From NCBI GenBank assembly GCA_902489795.1, contig CABUBU010000005.1:166-64165 (forward strand): 64,000 bases of DNA, written 5' to 3'. The notes beneath the pieces were generated by a model. It searched no databases and was not told where the DNA came from. It saw nothing but the letters and a program-made list of their open reading frames with translations. The number at the start of each line of letters is the position of its first letter. Position 1 is the first letter of the stretch. This document shows positions 63,920 through 64,000 of the stretch, one piece after another. The DNA is from an uncultured Azospirillum sp. (GTDB taxonomy: Bacteria; Pseudomonadota; Alphaproteobacteria; RF32; CAG-239). The translations under genes were made by a program, and so were the position numbers.

Positions 63920-64000
63920 TTTGAACCTCCGACAGGAACACCCGAATAAAAATAAAATCGGGACCAAAAAAAATAAAGATTTTATAAGTTATTGAAATTT

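Overview
Mid-GC chromosomal window. It looks alphaproteobacterium-like, which I infer from a separate F0 operon atpI-atpB-atpE-b'-b, from pal-ybgF-tilS-ftsH synteny, and from uvrC-pgsA adjacency. About 50 protein genes can be supported. Backbone genes: envZ/ompR-like two-component pair, pgsA, uvrC, glmM, ftsH, tilS, ybgF, pal, ppdK, pheA, F0 ATP synthase, a DsbA-like protein, a DUF721 protein, an OMP, cca, msrAB, three Nudix domains, an RND+MFP pump and a MATE pump. By eye I found no rRNA, tRNA or CRISPR array. Accessory or decaying segments: (i) an IS200/IS605-type element whose tnpA carries one in-frame TGA, next to a second tnpA remnant. (ii) A 3'-5' exonuclease gene, also with a single in-frame TGA at a conserved Trp position. 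(iii) A WYL regulator frameshifted in an A7 run, heading a WYL / nucleotidyltransferase / CCA-adding-enzyme operon. (iv) An AT-rich two-gene insert: a lipoprotein plus a permuted papain-like (PPPDE/LRAT-like) protein. (v) An orphan 861-aa HExxH protein wedged between glmM and ftsH, next to a duplicated ftsH 3' end. (vi) A decayed Pmp-like autotransporter. (vii) The most interesting region is a ~11-kb AT-rich defence island at 51.7-62.9 kb. It has a Type III-like res, followed by an XRE-Panacea antitoxin/RelE-like toxin pair and an orphan single-pass membrane protein whose stop overlaps the start of the mod gene. That mod gene carries an in-frame DUF559 endonuclease domain flanked by hairpin and 87-bp tandem repeats. 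Downstream lie a 4-copy 155-191-bp tandem array and a convergent SNF2 helicase whose stop overlaps the start of a small GIY-YIG nuclease. Several long intergenic spacers contain degenerate repeat families and a ~60-70-nt element conserved downstream of both pal and ppdK. All family assignments come from motif recognition by eye; no searches were run.
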